From an uncultured bacterium (GTDB lineage: Bacteria > UBP4 > UBA4092), in NCBI GenBank assembly GCA_964644695.1, contig CAZXWN010000002.1, positions 1 to 64,000 of the forward strand: a DNA stretch of 64,000 nt, in the 5' to 3' direction. Positions 1 to 9,024 of the stretch are shown here, piece by piece (position 1 is the first letter of the stretch; each line of letters begins with the position of its first letter). Both the position numbers and the translations under genes were made by a program. The notes under the pieces are model-generated. The model worked only from the letters and a program-made list of their open reading frames with translations, was not told the DNA's origin and did no database searches.

Positions 1-1
1 A

Positions 2-607
2 GGCTTTCAAACAATGGTTCTGGCACAAAATACAGAAGCAACCATCACCGCCCTTGATCGTTCCGCTGGCTCGATTGATAAACTTAACTCAACGGCCGAA
101 AAACTTGGTTTGCAGAACAGAATAAAAGGGATTGTCGGCTCAATGGATGATTTGCCGTTTCAAAATGAAGAATTTGACCTTATATGGTCCGAAGGGGCTA
201 TTGCCAATATAGGTTTTGAAAAAGGCTTGAATTACTGGAAGGGCTTTCTTAAAAAAGATGGCCATGTCGCCGTAACATATGAGTCATGGTTTACCAATGA
301 GCGTCCCGTTGAAATTGAGAAGTGGTGGATGGAAGCCGTTCCTGAAATTAACACAATAGGGCATAATATTTCCGTTATGCAAAAAACAGGTTATATTCCT
401 GTTGCCACATTTGTGTTGCCTGAAAATTGTTGGATAGACAATTATTTTATTCCGCAAAAAGCAAGGCAAGAAGAGTTTTTGAAAAAACATGCTGGGAATA
501 AAACTGTTGAGGATATGATTGCATTTATGAGGCGTGAGGCAGACTTATATTCAAAATATAAACAGTATTATGGATATGTATTTTATATTGGGAAACGATG
601 TGAATAA
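2..607 (+). CDS. Class I SAM-dependent methyltransferase, 5'-truncated by the window edge
   Basis: Frame is open from nt 2 (GFQTMVLAQ..., the tail of motif I). Motifs ITALD, GSMDDLPF and FDLIWSEGA follow. Confidence 0.85.
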   Translation, partial: GFQTMVLAQNTEATITALDRSAGSIDKLNSTAEKLGLQNRIKGIVGSMDDLPFQNEEFDLIWSEGAIANIGFEKGLNYWKGFLKKDGHVAVTYESWFTNERPVEIEKWWMEAVPEINTIGHNISVMQKTGYIPVATFVLPENCWIDNYFIPQKARQEEFLKKHAGNKTVEDMIAFMRREADLYSKYKQYYGYVFYIGKRCE

Positions 608-654
608 TGATGGTTTACGATGCCACTTCTATCTTATCTTTATTCTGAGTCATA

Positions 655-720
655 ACAGGGGTGTTACATCGGGTCCCAACCGGTGGACACCCCTGATTCT
701 ATTTTTATGGGAAGATGTTT
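655..720. repeat. Dispersed intergenic element family B, copy 1
   Basis: 9-bp inverted repeat CAGGGGTGT/ACACCCCTG. Aligns without gaps to 32599-32664 in three conserved blocks. Confidence 0.6.
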
Positions 721-1038
721 TATTAAAGAGGGCAGGATAGTTTATTCGCTGAATATCAATAAGTTAAAGTTGTTATAGAATGTTGGATGTAAGGTTCTTT
801 TGGAGATATCTTCCCATTGATAATTTAAGTGTAAAAGTATGCAAGATAACCTCTTCGTAGGGAAGAATTATTTATATCAAGCGTATATCTGAATAGGATT
901 CAACCTAAATCTCTAACTGAGAGTATTCTCATAGGGTTGGACTATCGTATTTGTTTAATTATGAGTGTGATAGAATCATTCCAAATATGTCGGCGGGTCG
1001 ATTTATTAACTCCTTTTTCCCGTCCAAGGAGAACAGTC

Positions 1039-2532
1039 TTGAAACAGCGTCATAATAAAGTGGGTAACTACCTGTCAGTTGGTTTCATGGGATTATTCCT
1101 GTTGACGACAGGGTGGAGCCAAACAGTGGATACTACCGCACCCATAATCTCATCGGACAGCAGCCTCTCCACGATCTCTCCTGATACTTCAAAAGTATTA
1201 AGTTTGGATGAATGTATCCGGATGGCACTGAAAGATAATCTGGGGATTCAGATTGCCCGTGAAAATGTCAAAATCTCCGAGTCCAGTTATCGTATCAGCC
1301 GCGGACTTACTGCTCCGGGCATGACCTTTAGTGGCAGTAATTCACGGTCAACAGATGATGATGAGACGGACTCCATGAGTTTGTCATTATCTAAATATTT
1401 CCTGACAGGTGCTACTTTATCTGCCGATGCTGGCAGTTCTCGAAGCGATGGCAGCGGCAGTGCTGAAAGTTATACCTCGGGTGCCTCATTGTCCTTGACT
1501 CAGCCTCTCCTGAAGGGGTTATGGGGTAGCTCCGTCAATAACACTCCTAAAGGACAGAAGATTCAGGCCGAAGAGATAGAAATTACCCGGAGCATGCAAA
1601 ATACCCGACGCAGTATGATCAATAGCGTGACTGCCGCTTATTACCGCCTTATCGGGTCTCAGCGGAATATCATCACGGCCTACCAGGCAGTGGATGAAGC
1701 GGAACGGCTGCTCAAAGTCGCCCAGGTAAAGAAAGAAGAAGGAATGGTTGCCAAGATCGATGTGACCCGGTCCGAAGTCCAACTGGCAAACCGTAAATCT
1801 TCACTGGTCTCTGCTCAGCGCAGTTATCAGAGTTCCATGGAAAGTTTTGCTGACTTACTGGGATTACCTCTCGGGTCTATTTTTAGTATTGATACTGATA
1901 TCAAGTTTACGGAACGGGATTTTAAACTGGATGAATGTATTGAGACGGCTCTCAAAAACAGATTAGATTATCGTGCAGAACAGCTTCAGAGTGAACGCAC
2001 GGATATCTCCCTCTGGCTGGCCAAACGAAACCGTCTCCCCCAACTGGACGCCAAATTGTCTTATGGTGCCGAGAATACGGATGATGATTTTAATGATTCA
2101 TGGAACCTGAAAGATGCTGAATTGCGAGCGACTCTGGTCTGGTCCGTTCCCTTACTGCAAAACCATACAGACCTGAGGGAAAATTACCTTCAGGCTGTCA
2201 GTGCCAAAAAGATTGCTGATATTAGTCTGGAAGAATCCCGGCGCAGTATCGTCTTGGAAGTTCGTCAGGCTGTCATTTCGGTTGAAGAAGCTAAACAAAA
2301 CTTGGAAATCCTGAAGGAATCTGTCAAACAAGCTGAAGAATCCCTCCGGCTTGCCAAGCGTTCCTATGAAGAAGGTTTCCAGACCTATCTGGATGTTTTG
2401 GATTCCCAAAACAGCTACACCAACACCCAGAACAGTTACACTTCTGCCATTATTAATTATTTGCTGGCAGTTTCTAATCTTGAACGGGTCTTGGCGACCC
2501 ACCCACTGGTACCCCGGATGGGAGAAGAATAA
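1039..2532 (+). CDS. TolC-family outer-membrane efflux protein
   Basis: LSLDECIRMALKDN and YEEG...YLDVLDSQ OEP repeats. Start moved to TTG 1039 (AAGGAG at 1026-1031), followed by a signal-like hydrophobic segment. Confidence 0.88.
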   Translation: MKQRHNKVGNYLSVGFMGLFLLTTGWSQTVDTTAPIISSDSSLSTISPDTSKVLSLDECIRMALKDNLGIQIARENVKISESSYRISRGLTAPGMTFSGSNSRSTDDDETDSMSLSLSKYFLTGATLSADAGSSRSDGSGSAESYTSGASLSLTQPLLKGLWGSSVNNTPKGQKIQAEEIEITRSMQNTRRSMINSVTAAYYRLIGSQRNIITAYQAVDEAERLLKVAQVKKEEGMVAKIDVTRSEVQLANRKSSLVSAQRSYQSSMESFADLLGLPLGSIFSIDTDIKFTERDFKLDECIETALKNRLDYRAEQLQSERTDISLWLAKRNRLPQLDAKLSYGAENTDDDFNDSWNLKDAELRATLVWSVPLLQNHTDLRENYLQAVSAKKIADISLEESRRSIVLEVRQAVISVEEAKQNLEILKESVKQAEESLRLAKRSYEEGFQTYLDVLDSQNSYTNTQNSYTSAIINYLLAVSNLERVLATHPLVPRMGEE

Positions 2533-2535
2533 TCT

Positions 2536-3933
2536 ATGAATAAAAAAGTCCTCATATCCTTATTGATTTTGGTTGTGCTGGTGGCTACGGGTGGTACTGT
2601 TACCTATGTCATGAAAAAGAAAGCAGCTAAAGATGCGAAATATGGCATGATCCCAACGGCTTTAGCTAAAAAAGCTGATTTTGATATTCTCATCAGTGAA
2701 GTAGGGAAGTTAGATGCACTCAAGTCCCAGACGGTTACCTCGCAAATCAGTGGGAAAATTACCCGTATGGTTCCTGAGGGTTCTTTGGTCAAAGCCGGTG
2801 AAACAATTATCTGGCTGGATACGGCTGACACCGAAAAACTGATCAAAGATATGGAAGAAAGCCTTATCAGTGTCAGGCAGGACCTTGAGAAGACGAAAGA
2901 ATCTCAGCGGTTACAGAAATATCAAAACGACATGAGTATTGAGGCTGTTAAACTGTCTGTTGAAAATGCAAAACTGAATTACACCGATGCCTCTACTAAA
3001 CTGGCAAAAAATCAGCGGTTATTTGATGCTGAAGTTATCCCGGAAAGTACTTTAGAAGATTCGAAGCTGAGTTTATTGTCCGCTCGGGCTTCTGTGGAAA
3101 AAGCGGAGTTGGACATGGCTAAAACTTTGGAAACCAATAAGTCCAACTTGATTACTTCGCAGATTCAATGGAAACAGAGTGAAGCCAGTCTCCGTGAGTC
3201 AGAACGTAAACTCAAAGAAGCTAAAGACAAACTGCTGAAATCCGTCATTACTGCCCCTGGAAATGGAATTATCGTATATGAAATGATGTGGCGGGGTGGT
3301 GATCGGACCAAGATCCAAGAAGGTGACCAGGTGTGGGAAAGAATGAGCATCGCCCAGTTGCCGGATTTATCGGTCATGATCAATAAAATCATGATTGATG
3401 AAATTGATATCTCCAAAGTGAAGGTAGGACAGGAAGTTCGTGTCCGCCTGGATGCTTTGCCTGGTGTTTTGATAAAAGGAAAAATTACGACTATTGCGAC
3501 CCTGGCTACCGATAAGGGGGGAGCGGATGTTCCTGTCTGGATGCGGAAAGAAGCGTCTGGTGTGAAGGCTTTTGAAGTCACCTCTCAATTGGATCCCAAT
3601 GACAATCCCCTTCGTCCGGGGATGACTAGTAAAACGGATGTGTTGATTGAATCCTTTAAAAATGTAGTTACCGTCCCCCGTGAAGCTGTCTTTGAGCGTG
3701 GAACCCGTAAAGTGGTCTATGTTTCCTATCTGACCGGCGTCAAAGAAGTCGAAGTCCAGACCGGTAAAGGGGACAATAATTTTATTATCATTACCAAGGG
3801 TTTAAAAGGTAATGAAAAGATTCTACTGCGAGATCCGACCAAGGAAATTAAAGATACTCAGGGTGAATCCAGCAATAAAAAAGATAATGAGGGATCTTCC
3901 TCACCATCAATCCCAGCGCCGGCAGGCAAATAA
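2536..3933 (+). CDS. Periplasmic adaptor (membrane fusion protein, MacA/HlyD-like) 1
   Basis: N-terminal TM anchor, lipoyl halves (SGKITRMVPEGSLVKAG; ITAPGNG), long coiled coil, LRPGMT motif. Confidence 0.88.
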   Translation: MNKKVLISLLILVVLVATGGTVTYVMKKKAAKDAKYGMIPTALAKKADFDILISEVGKLDALKSQTVTSQISGKITRMVPEGSLVKAGETIIWLDTADTEKLIKDMEESLISVRQDLEKTKESQRLQKYQNDMSIEAVKLSVENAKLNYTDASTKLAKNQRLFDAEVIPESTLEDSKLSLLSARASVEKAELDMAKTLETNKSNLITSQIQWKQSEASLRESERKLKEAKDKLLKSVITAPGNGIIVYEMMWRGGDRTKIQEGDQVWERMSIAQLPDLSVMINKIMIDEIDISKVKVGQEVRVRLDALPGVLIKGKITTIATLATDKGGADVPVWMRKEASGVKAFEVTSQLDPNDNPLRPGMTSKTDVLIESFKNVVTVPREAVFERGTRKVVYVSYLTGVKEVEVQTGKGDNNFIIITKGLKGNEKILLRDPTKEIKDTQGESSNKKDNEGSSSPSIPAPAGK

Positions 3934-3938
3934 TCGTC

Positions 3939-5273
3939 ATGGCATTCATTACAAAAAAACGGATTTCTATTACCCTGACTCTGCTGGTTCTTGCCGGATT
4001 GGGATATGGATATCATCTTTATCAAAAAAAGAATAAGCCTGTCTTTACCGGATATGTGACAGCAAAAGTAAAGCAAGGTGATTTTGTCGTAACTATTAAC
4101 GACAGTGGAGTTTTGAAAGCTCAAAAAAATGCCCTTGTTATGGTTCCTGAAATTGAGGGTATGTGGAACCAGATGAAAATATCTAAACTGGTTCCCGAAG
4201 GCACGCGAGTTAAAAAAGGTGATCCTGTTGTCTGGTTTGATATGACCCAATTGCAAGATCAGGTCAAGCAACTGGAGTTCCAGATGACCCAGGAAAAAGG
4301 CCAGTTGGAACAATCATTGGAACGGCTGCGTCTCTCTAAACAAAACCGGTCACGAACCATGAAAGAACGGAAAATCGACTGGGACATTGCCCGGCTTGAG
4401 TATGAACAAAACTCGACTAAGTTCGCAAAAATTCAACGTCTTGTCAATGAAGAGATCCTGCCGCAGAAAGAATATGAAGACTGGGTCATGAAAAATCGTA
4501 GTTCACGGCTTCGTGTTGAACAGGCAGAAAAGGAATATCTGAAAGCTGCAGAACAGCAAGCCTCGGATGAGCGGACTACGGAAATCGACATTAAACGAAC
4601 AGAACAACGATTTAAGTCTCAGGAAGAACGCTACAATACCATGAAGAAAAACATGGAAGCGGGGATATTGTTTGCTCCTACCGATGGTATAGCCATTATC
4701 CAGAAGAACTGGAGAGGGCGCCAAATGCAAACCCTCAAAGAAGGGGATACTCTCTGGCCCGGAAATGCCGTTGTCTCTATTCCTGATTTGTCCCAGATGC
4801 AAGTGATGACTCAGGTGAATGAAACCGATTTGTCCAAGGTAACAACCGGATTAAAACTCCGTGCCACGATGGATTCCATTCCGGATTTAGTCCTGACGGG
4901 AATTGTTACCCAGGTGGGGACATTAGCAATGGAACGCGAACGGTCTGCGGGTTCAGGGCAGGTATCTACTGAAGAGTCCGCCGGGATAAAGGTGTTTGAA
5001 ATTACTGTGGATTTGGACAAGTCAGATCCTCGACTGCGTCCTGGAATGACCTGTAAAACTGAGATGATATTGGAAACTATCCCCAATGCTCTTTCTATTC
5101 CCATAAAGGCTGTGCAAATGAATAATGGGAATACGACAGTTAAAGTTTTGAATCCTAAAACTCGGCTGCCTGAAGTGAAAACAGTCACTCTAGGTAAACG
5201 AAGCGCCCAGAATGTCCAGGTTTTGCGTGGATTAAAAGCGGGTGAGGAAGTAATCCTTCCGGAAGAAGAATAA
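3939..5273 (+). CDS. Periplasmic adaptor (membrane fusion protein) 2
   Basis: Same architecture as the upstream gene: VPEGTRVKKGD, APTDG, LRPGMT, GLKAGEEV. Confidence 0.88.
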   Translation: MAFITKKRISITLTLLVLAGLGYGYHLYQKKNKPVFTGYVTAKVKQGDFVVTINDSGVLKAQKNALVMVPEIEGMWNQMKISKLVPEGTRVKKGDPVVWFDMTQLQDQVKQLEFQMTQEKGQLEQSLERLRLSKQNRSRTMKERKIDWDIARLEYEQNSTKFAKIQRLVNEEILPQKEYEDWVMKNRSSRLRVEQAEKEYLKAAEQQASDERTTEIDIKRTEQRFKSQEERYNTMKKNMEAGILFAPTDGIAIIQKNWRGRQMQTLKEGDTLWPGNAVVSIPDLSQMQVMTQVNETDLSKVTTGLKLRATMDSIPDLVLTGIVTQVGTLAMERERSAGSGQVSTEESAGIKVFEITVDLDKSDPRLRPGMTCKTEMILETIPNALSIPIKAVQMNNGNTTVKVLNPKTRLPEVKTVTLGKRSAQNVQVLRGLKAGEEVILPEEE

Positions 5274-5289
5274 GAAAAGGCGTTCCCTT

Positions 5290-6513
5290 ATGAATATTTC
5301 AGAAAATGTACATATTGGATGGCGGGGACTCGTTTCCCATAAAGCACGTTCCCTCCTGACGATGTTGGGGATTATCTTTGGTGTGGCGGCGGTTATTGCC
5401 ATGGTGAGTATTGGTGATGGTGCACGAATTGAAACAATTCGGCAAATTGAACTTATGGGAACTAGTACTATCCGCATCAAGTCCGTTACGCTTGAGGGAA
5501 CTGAAAAAGATAAAGCTAAAACGTCATACAATGAAGGGTTAACCCGGGAAGACGCAGATTATTTGTCTGCCCTGACTAAACAAATCAAATATACAGTTCC
5601 CCTCAAAGAATTGGATTTAAAAGTCCGGTTAGGAAGCATTTTCCCCAAAACCAAAGTTGTTGGTACGGTTACGCTTTATCCAAATCTGACTAACTTTCCG
5701 GTTAAATCTGGACGGTTCTTCAATGATGAGGACATGAAACAAGCCCGTAAAGTGTGTGTGTTGGGCTCCGACGTTGCTAAAGAACTGTTTCCTTTGGAAG
5801 ACCCTCTCCAGAAGGAAATTAAGATGGGACAACTCTGGTTTACTGTTATTGGTGTTATGCAGGACAGGCGAATCTCTAGTGGTATCCCTGCGGCTAACCT
5901 TCGTGACGTAAATAAGGATGTTTATATTCCTCTTGATACCGCTCTTCAGAGAGTTGGTGGTCAAAAAAACATGACGGAAATCATTATTCAGGCTTCAGAC
6001 TCCGAACATATCAAGGAGCTTGCCGCAGTGATCCGTAACTCTCTGGATCGCCGGCATAACAAAGTCGAAGATTATGAACTTATTATTCCTGATGAATTAC
6101 TGAAACAGTCTCAAAAAACCCAGAAAATATTCAACATCGTCATGGGAGCTATTGCGGGGATATCCCTGCTGGTCGGCGGTATTGGCATCATGAATATTAT
6201 GTTGGCTACCGTTACTCAGCGAACCCGTGAAATTGGGATTCGGCGAGCAATCGGTGCCTCTCGTCGTGATATCCTGGGGCAGTTCTTAATTGAATGTTTG
6301 ATTATCAGTGTTACAGGTGGATTGATTGGTATTGTTATCGGAGTCGGTTTGGCAAAAGTAATTTCAATCTATGCAAAATGGACGACGATAGTTTCTATGA
6401 CGGCCATTATTGGGGCCTTTGGAATATCTGCTTCCGTTGGAGTAATTTTTGGTATGTATCCGGCAAAAAAAGCGGCAGATTTGAATCCTGTAGACGCACT
6501 TCGCTACGAATAA
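5290..6513 (+). CDS. MacB/FtsX-type ABC transporter permease without NBD
   Basis: RSLLTMLGIIFGVAAVIAM, GGIGIMNIML..V..RTREIGIRRAIGA and PAKKAA.LNPVDALRYE motifs. No Walker motifs. Confidence 0.92.
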   Translation: MNISENVHIGWRGLVSHKARSLLTMLGIIFGVAAVIAMVSIGDGARIETIRQIELMGTSTIRIKSVTLEGTEKDKAKTSYNEGLTREDADYLSALTKQIKYTVPLKELDLKVRLGSIFPKTKVVGTVTLYPNLTNFPVKSGRFFNDEDMKQARKVCVLGSDVAKELFPLEDPLQKEIKMGQLWFTVIGVMQDRRISSGIPAANLRDVNKDVYIPLDTALQRVGGQKNMTEIIIQASDSEHIKELAAVIRNSLDRRHNKVEDYELIIPDELLKQSQKTQKIFNIVMGAIAGISLLVGGIGIMNIMLATVTQRTREIGIRRAIGASRRDILGQFLIECLIISVTGGLIGIVIGVGLAKVISIYAKWTTIVSMTAIIGAFGISASVGVIFGMYPAKKAADLNPVDALRYE

Positions 6514-6520
6514 CTTTCTT

Positions 6521-6567
6521 ATAAATAAAAGCCAGCCTGTAAATCATTCAGGCTGGCTTTTATTTAT
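6521..6567. terminator. Bidirectional intrinsic terminator
   Basis: 19-bp perfect inverted repeat ATAAATAAAAGCCAGCCTG/CAGGCTGGCTTTTATTTAT between convergent genes. Confidence 0.9.
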
Positions 6568-6575
6568 GATTCATT

Positions 6576-6989
6576 CTACTGTATGTCGTAATGGTACACA
6601 GCCTCTATCTTGATGTTAGGATTCAAGGCATTATGTACTGGACATATATTAATGGCGTTTTCAATGCTACTTCGTTTATCCGCATTGATTGCTGCAGGTA
6701 AGTGAAATTCGATTTTAATGTCTGTAATTGTATGTGTTTTATTATCCATTTTCATGCTGACTTCATAATTCATGCCATCCAAATGCAGGCCTTGTTTGTC
6801 AGCAATCAACGCCATCATTACTGAACTGCATGAGGCTAATGCTGTTGCCAACAGATCGGTAGGATGAAAGGATGAATCATGTCCCCCATAAGGCACTGGA
6901 GCATCCGAAACAACAACACTTCCAGTTGCAATATGTTTCATTTCGAATTGTCGGGGTCCTGTCTTCTTTCCACTGATGACCTTTTTCAT
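6576..6989 (-). CDS. OsmC/Ohr-family protein
   Basis: DAP..YGG....PTDLLATALASC and CPVHNAL two-cysteine signature. Confidence 0.88.
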   Translation of the reverse strand: MKKVISGKKTGPRQFEMKHIATGSVVVSDAPVPYGGHDSSFHPTDLLATALASCSSVMMALIADKQGLHLDGMNYEVSMKMDNKTHTITDIKIEFHLPAAINADKRSSIENAINICPVHNALNPNIKIEAVYHYDIQ

Positions 6990-7159
6990 TTTATTTCCTC
7001 CTGATTTGTAGTTATTTATTCATACTATCAGAATTAGTGTATAGGAAATATGTTCTTTAACATTAGTTATTACTAAACAATTGGTGTTCTCTCAGTATTT
7101 TTTATCCTTCCCTATTTGTAGGATGAAAAAATAGATTGAATAAGGTATGATGTTTTATT

Positions 7160-7885
7160 ATGTCTAAAATTAAAGCCCTGTTATTTGATTTCGACGAAAC
7201 ACTATTCGTCAATGAAGAAAGTACACGCCAGGCTGTTCTTCATGCCTGGACCACATTGCAATCAGAATTCCCCCACATTACACCTCAACAGGCTCTTGAT
7301 ACCTATATGAGAGTCAGAGATGAGTTTTGGAAATCTGATGATGATTATTTACTCCAGGTTATTACCCGGTCTGCTGATGAAGCTCGGGGTGTATTATGGA
7401 GTAAAGCCCTGGATGCTTTGGGTATTGAAAACAAAGAACAAGTTGCATTTCTCGTTTTAGCGTTTGGCCACAAACGATGGGAAACTTGGGAACTATATCC
7501 CGATGCAATTGAAATTTTGGACCAACTGAAGACCCGATATCGCCTTATTATGGTGACCAATGGAATACCTGAAATTCAACGGGGGAAAATTAATAAAGCA
7601 CAAGTTTCCCATTATTTTGACCCTATTATTATATCGGGTGAAATTGGTGTTTCGAAGCCGAATCCCAAATACTTTGAAATTGCGATTAAGGGATTGGATC
7701 TAAAAGCTGACGAATGCGTCGTGATTGGCGATTCTGTCCAGAATGATGTTGGGGGAGCTAAAAATGCAGGAATGACTTCTGTCTGGATTAATCGAGGAGG
7801 GTTATTACCCGAACCCTCAATTGAACCTGATTATCGGATTACAGCTCTCCATGAACTTCTGCCAATACTTGAAAAACTGGGTTGA
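7160..7885 (+). CDS. HAD-superfamily hydrolase (YjjG/YfnB-like)
   Basis: Motifs DFDETL, VTNG, KP and VIGDSVQNDV.GA. Confidence 0.9.
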   Translation: MSKIKALLFDFDETLFVNEESTRQAVLHAWTTLQSEFPHITPQQALDTYMRVRDEFWKSDDDYLLQVITRSADEARGVLWSKALDALGIENKEQVAFLVLAFGHKRWETWELYPDAIEILDQLKTRYRLIMVTNGIPEIQRGKINKAQVSHYFDPIIISGEIGVSKPNPKYFEIAIKGLDLKADECVVIGDSVQNDVGGAKNAGMTSVWINRGGLLPEPSIEPDYRITALHELLPILEKLG

Positions 7886-7890
7886 TTTAG

Positions 7891-7936
7891 AAACAAATAA
7901 CCCCCGATACAACAATGTATTGGGGGTTATTTGTTT
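7891..7936. terminator. Bidirectional intrinsic terminator
   Basis: About 21-bp stem AAACAAATAACCCCCGATACA/TGTATTGGGGGTTATTTGTTT between convergent genes. Confidence 0.88.
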
Positions 7937-7951
7937 GTTTTAGTAATCAAG

Positions 7952-8416
7952 TTAAAATTTGGGTGGCTGTTTTGGCTTCCGGCCTCGTTTAGGTGCTGGA
8001 GGAGGAACTACTTGTTTTACAATGATGTTATCCGGTTCTACTTTTCGAAGTATCCGCCCGCAGTTCTCACAATATACTAATCGGTCAACGGATAGCAGAT
8101 GTACCATGATTGTTGCTGGTACTGCCATTCTGCAACCGCGACAAACAGCATTAACTACGCGGGCAATAAAAATACCCCGATATCGTTGTTGCAGTTTCTC
8201 AATCCGGGGTAATAACTGTTTATCATTATACTGGGTTTGAATCTCATGAAGAACGGCATCGCGCTCTGCTATATAATTGGCCTGCAGGGATTCCATCTGC
8301 CCTTTATCTTCATCGTTTATGTAACTACCCAGTTCGATTTCTTTTGAGACTGTCTTTAATTCCAGTGAAATGTTCTGTAATTTGACGAGTTTTTCAAGTA
8401 GAGTTTTCGAGTCCAT
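7952..8416 (-). CDS. Coiled-coil plus C4 zinc-ribbon protein (zf-RING_7/CT398-like)
   Basis: Helical N-terminus, then CRGC...CENCGRIL, then a basic Pro-rich tail. Confidence 0.8.
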   Translation of the reverse strand: MDSKTLLEKLVKLQNISLELKTVSKEIELGSYINDEDKGQMESLQANYIAERDAVLHEIQTQYNDKQLLPRIEKLQQRYRGIFIARVVNAVCRGCRMAVPATIMVHLLSVDRLVYCENCGRILRKVEPDNIIVKQVVPPPAPKRGRKPKQPPKF

Positions 8417-8433
8417 AATGCTTTCTTGACCAG

Positions 8434-8892
8434 TTATTCTTTTTCAGCTTGTTTAAAGATTTCTATTACATCGGCTGGTGTTTCTGCATTACGCAGCGCC
8501 GTACGGAAATCATAACTCTTCAGAAGTCGAGATATTTTTGCTAACACCCGAAGATACACACCACTGGCATTTTGAGGAGAAGCAATCATAAAGTACAGAA
8601 ATGCAGGATTACCATCCAAAGATTGAAAATCGATACCGTCTTTAGATTTACCAAAAGCAATAACTAACTGCTTTACGGCATCTGTACGACCGTGGGGAAT
8701 GGCAATGCCATCACCGATACCTGTCGTCTCAAGTTGTTCCCTCTCAAGAATGGTCTTTTTAAATTCATCCTTATTGGTGATTTCCCCTGCATTGGTGATC
8801 AGGTCAATCATTTCCTGAATGACATCATTCTTGTTACCTGACTTTAATTCAAGTTGAATCAAGTCTTCACGCAAAAAACTAGACAGTTTCAT
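8434..8892 (-). CDS. PTS system EIIA component (fructose/Ntr type)
   Basis: REQLETTGIGDGIAIPHGR, which carries the phospho-acceptor His. Confidence 0.92.
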   Translation of the reverse strand: MKLSSFLREDLIQLELKSGNKNDVIQEMIDLITNAGEITNKDEFKKTILEREQLETTGIGDGIAIPHGRTDAVKQLVIAFGKSKDGIDFQSLDGNPAFLYFMIASPQNASGVYLRVLAKISRLLKSYDFRTALRNAETPADVIEIFKQAEKE

Positions 8893-9024
8893 AGTAAGTT
8901 ACCTTTACCTACTCCGAATTCAATTCTATCATAGCAAGAAACGAGTTTCTTTGCCATAGGGTGTTCCAATAACATATTCTCTATATTATTATACTCTGCT
9001 GCATAATACAGGCTGTCAAGCCTT

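Noticed and set aside
608-780. Integron attC site after the methyltransferase (CATAAC...GTTATAG)
   Set aside because: The core sites do not complement well, there are no convincing L boxes, and no integrase or cassette array is visible.
8930-8960. Sigma-54 promoter upstream of the EIIA gene (TGGCA...TTGC on the minus strand)
   Set aside because: The GG-to-GC spacing is much longer than the required -24/-12 geometry.
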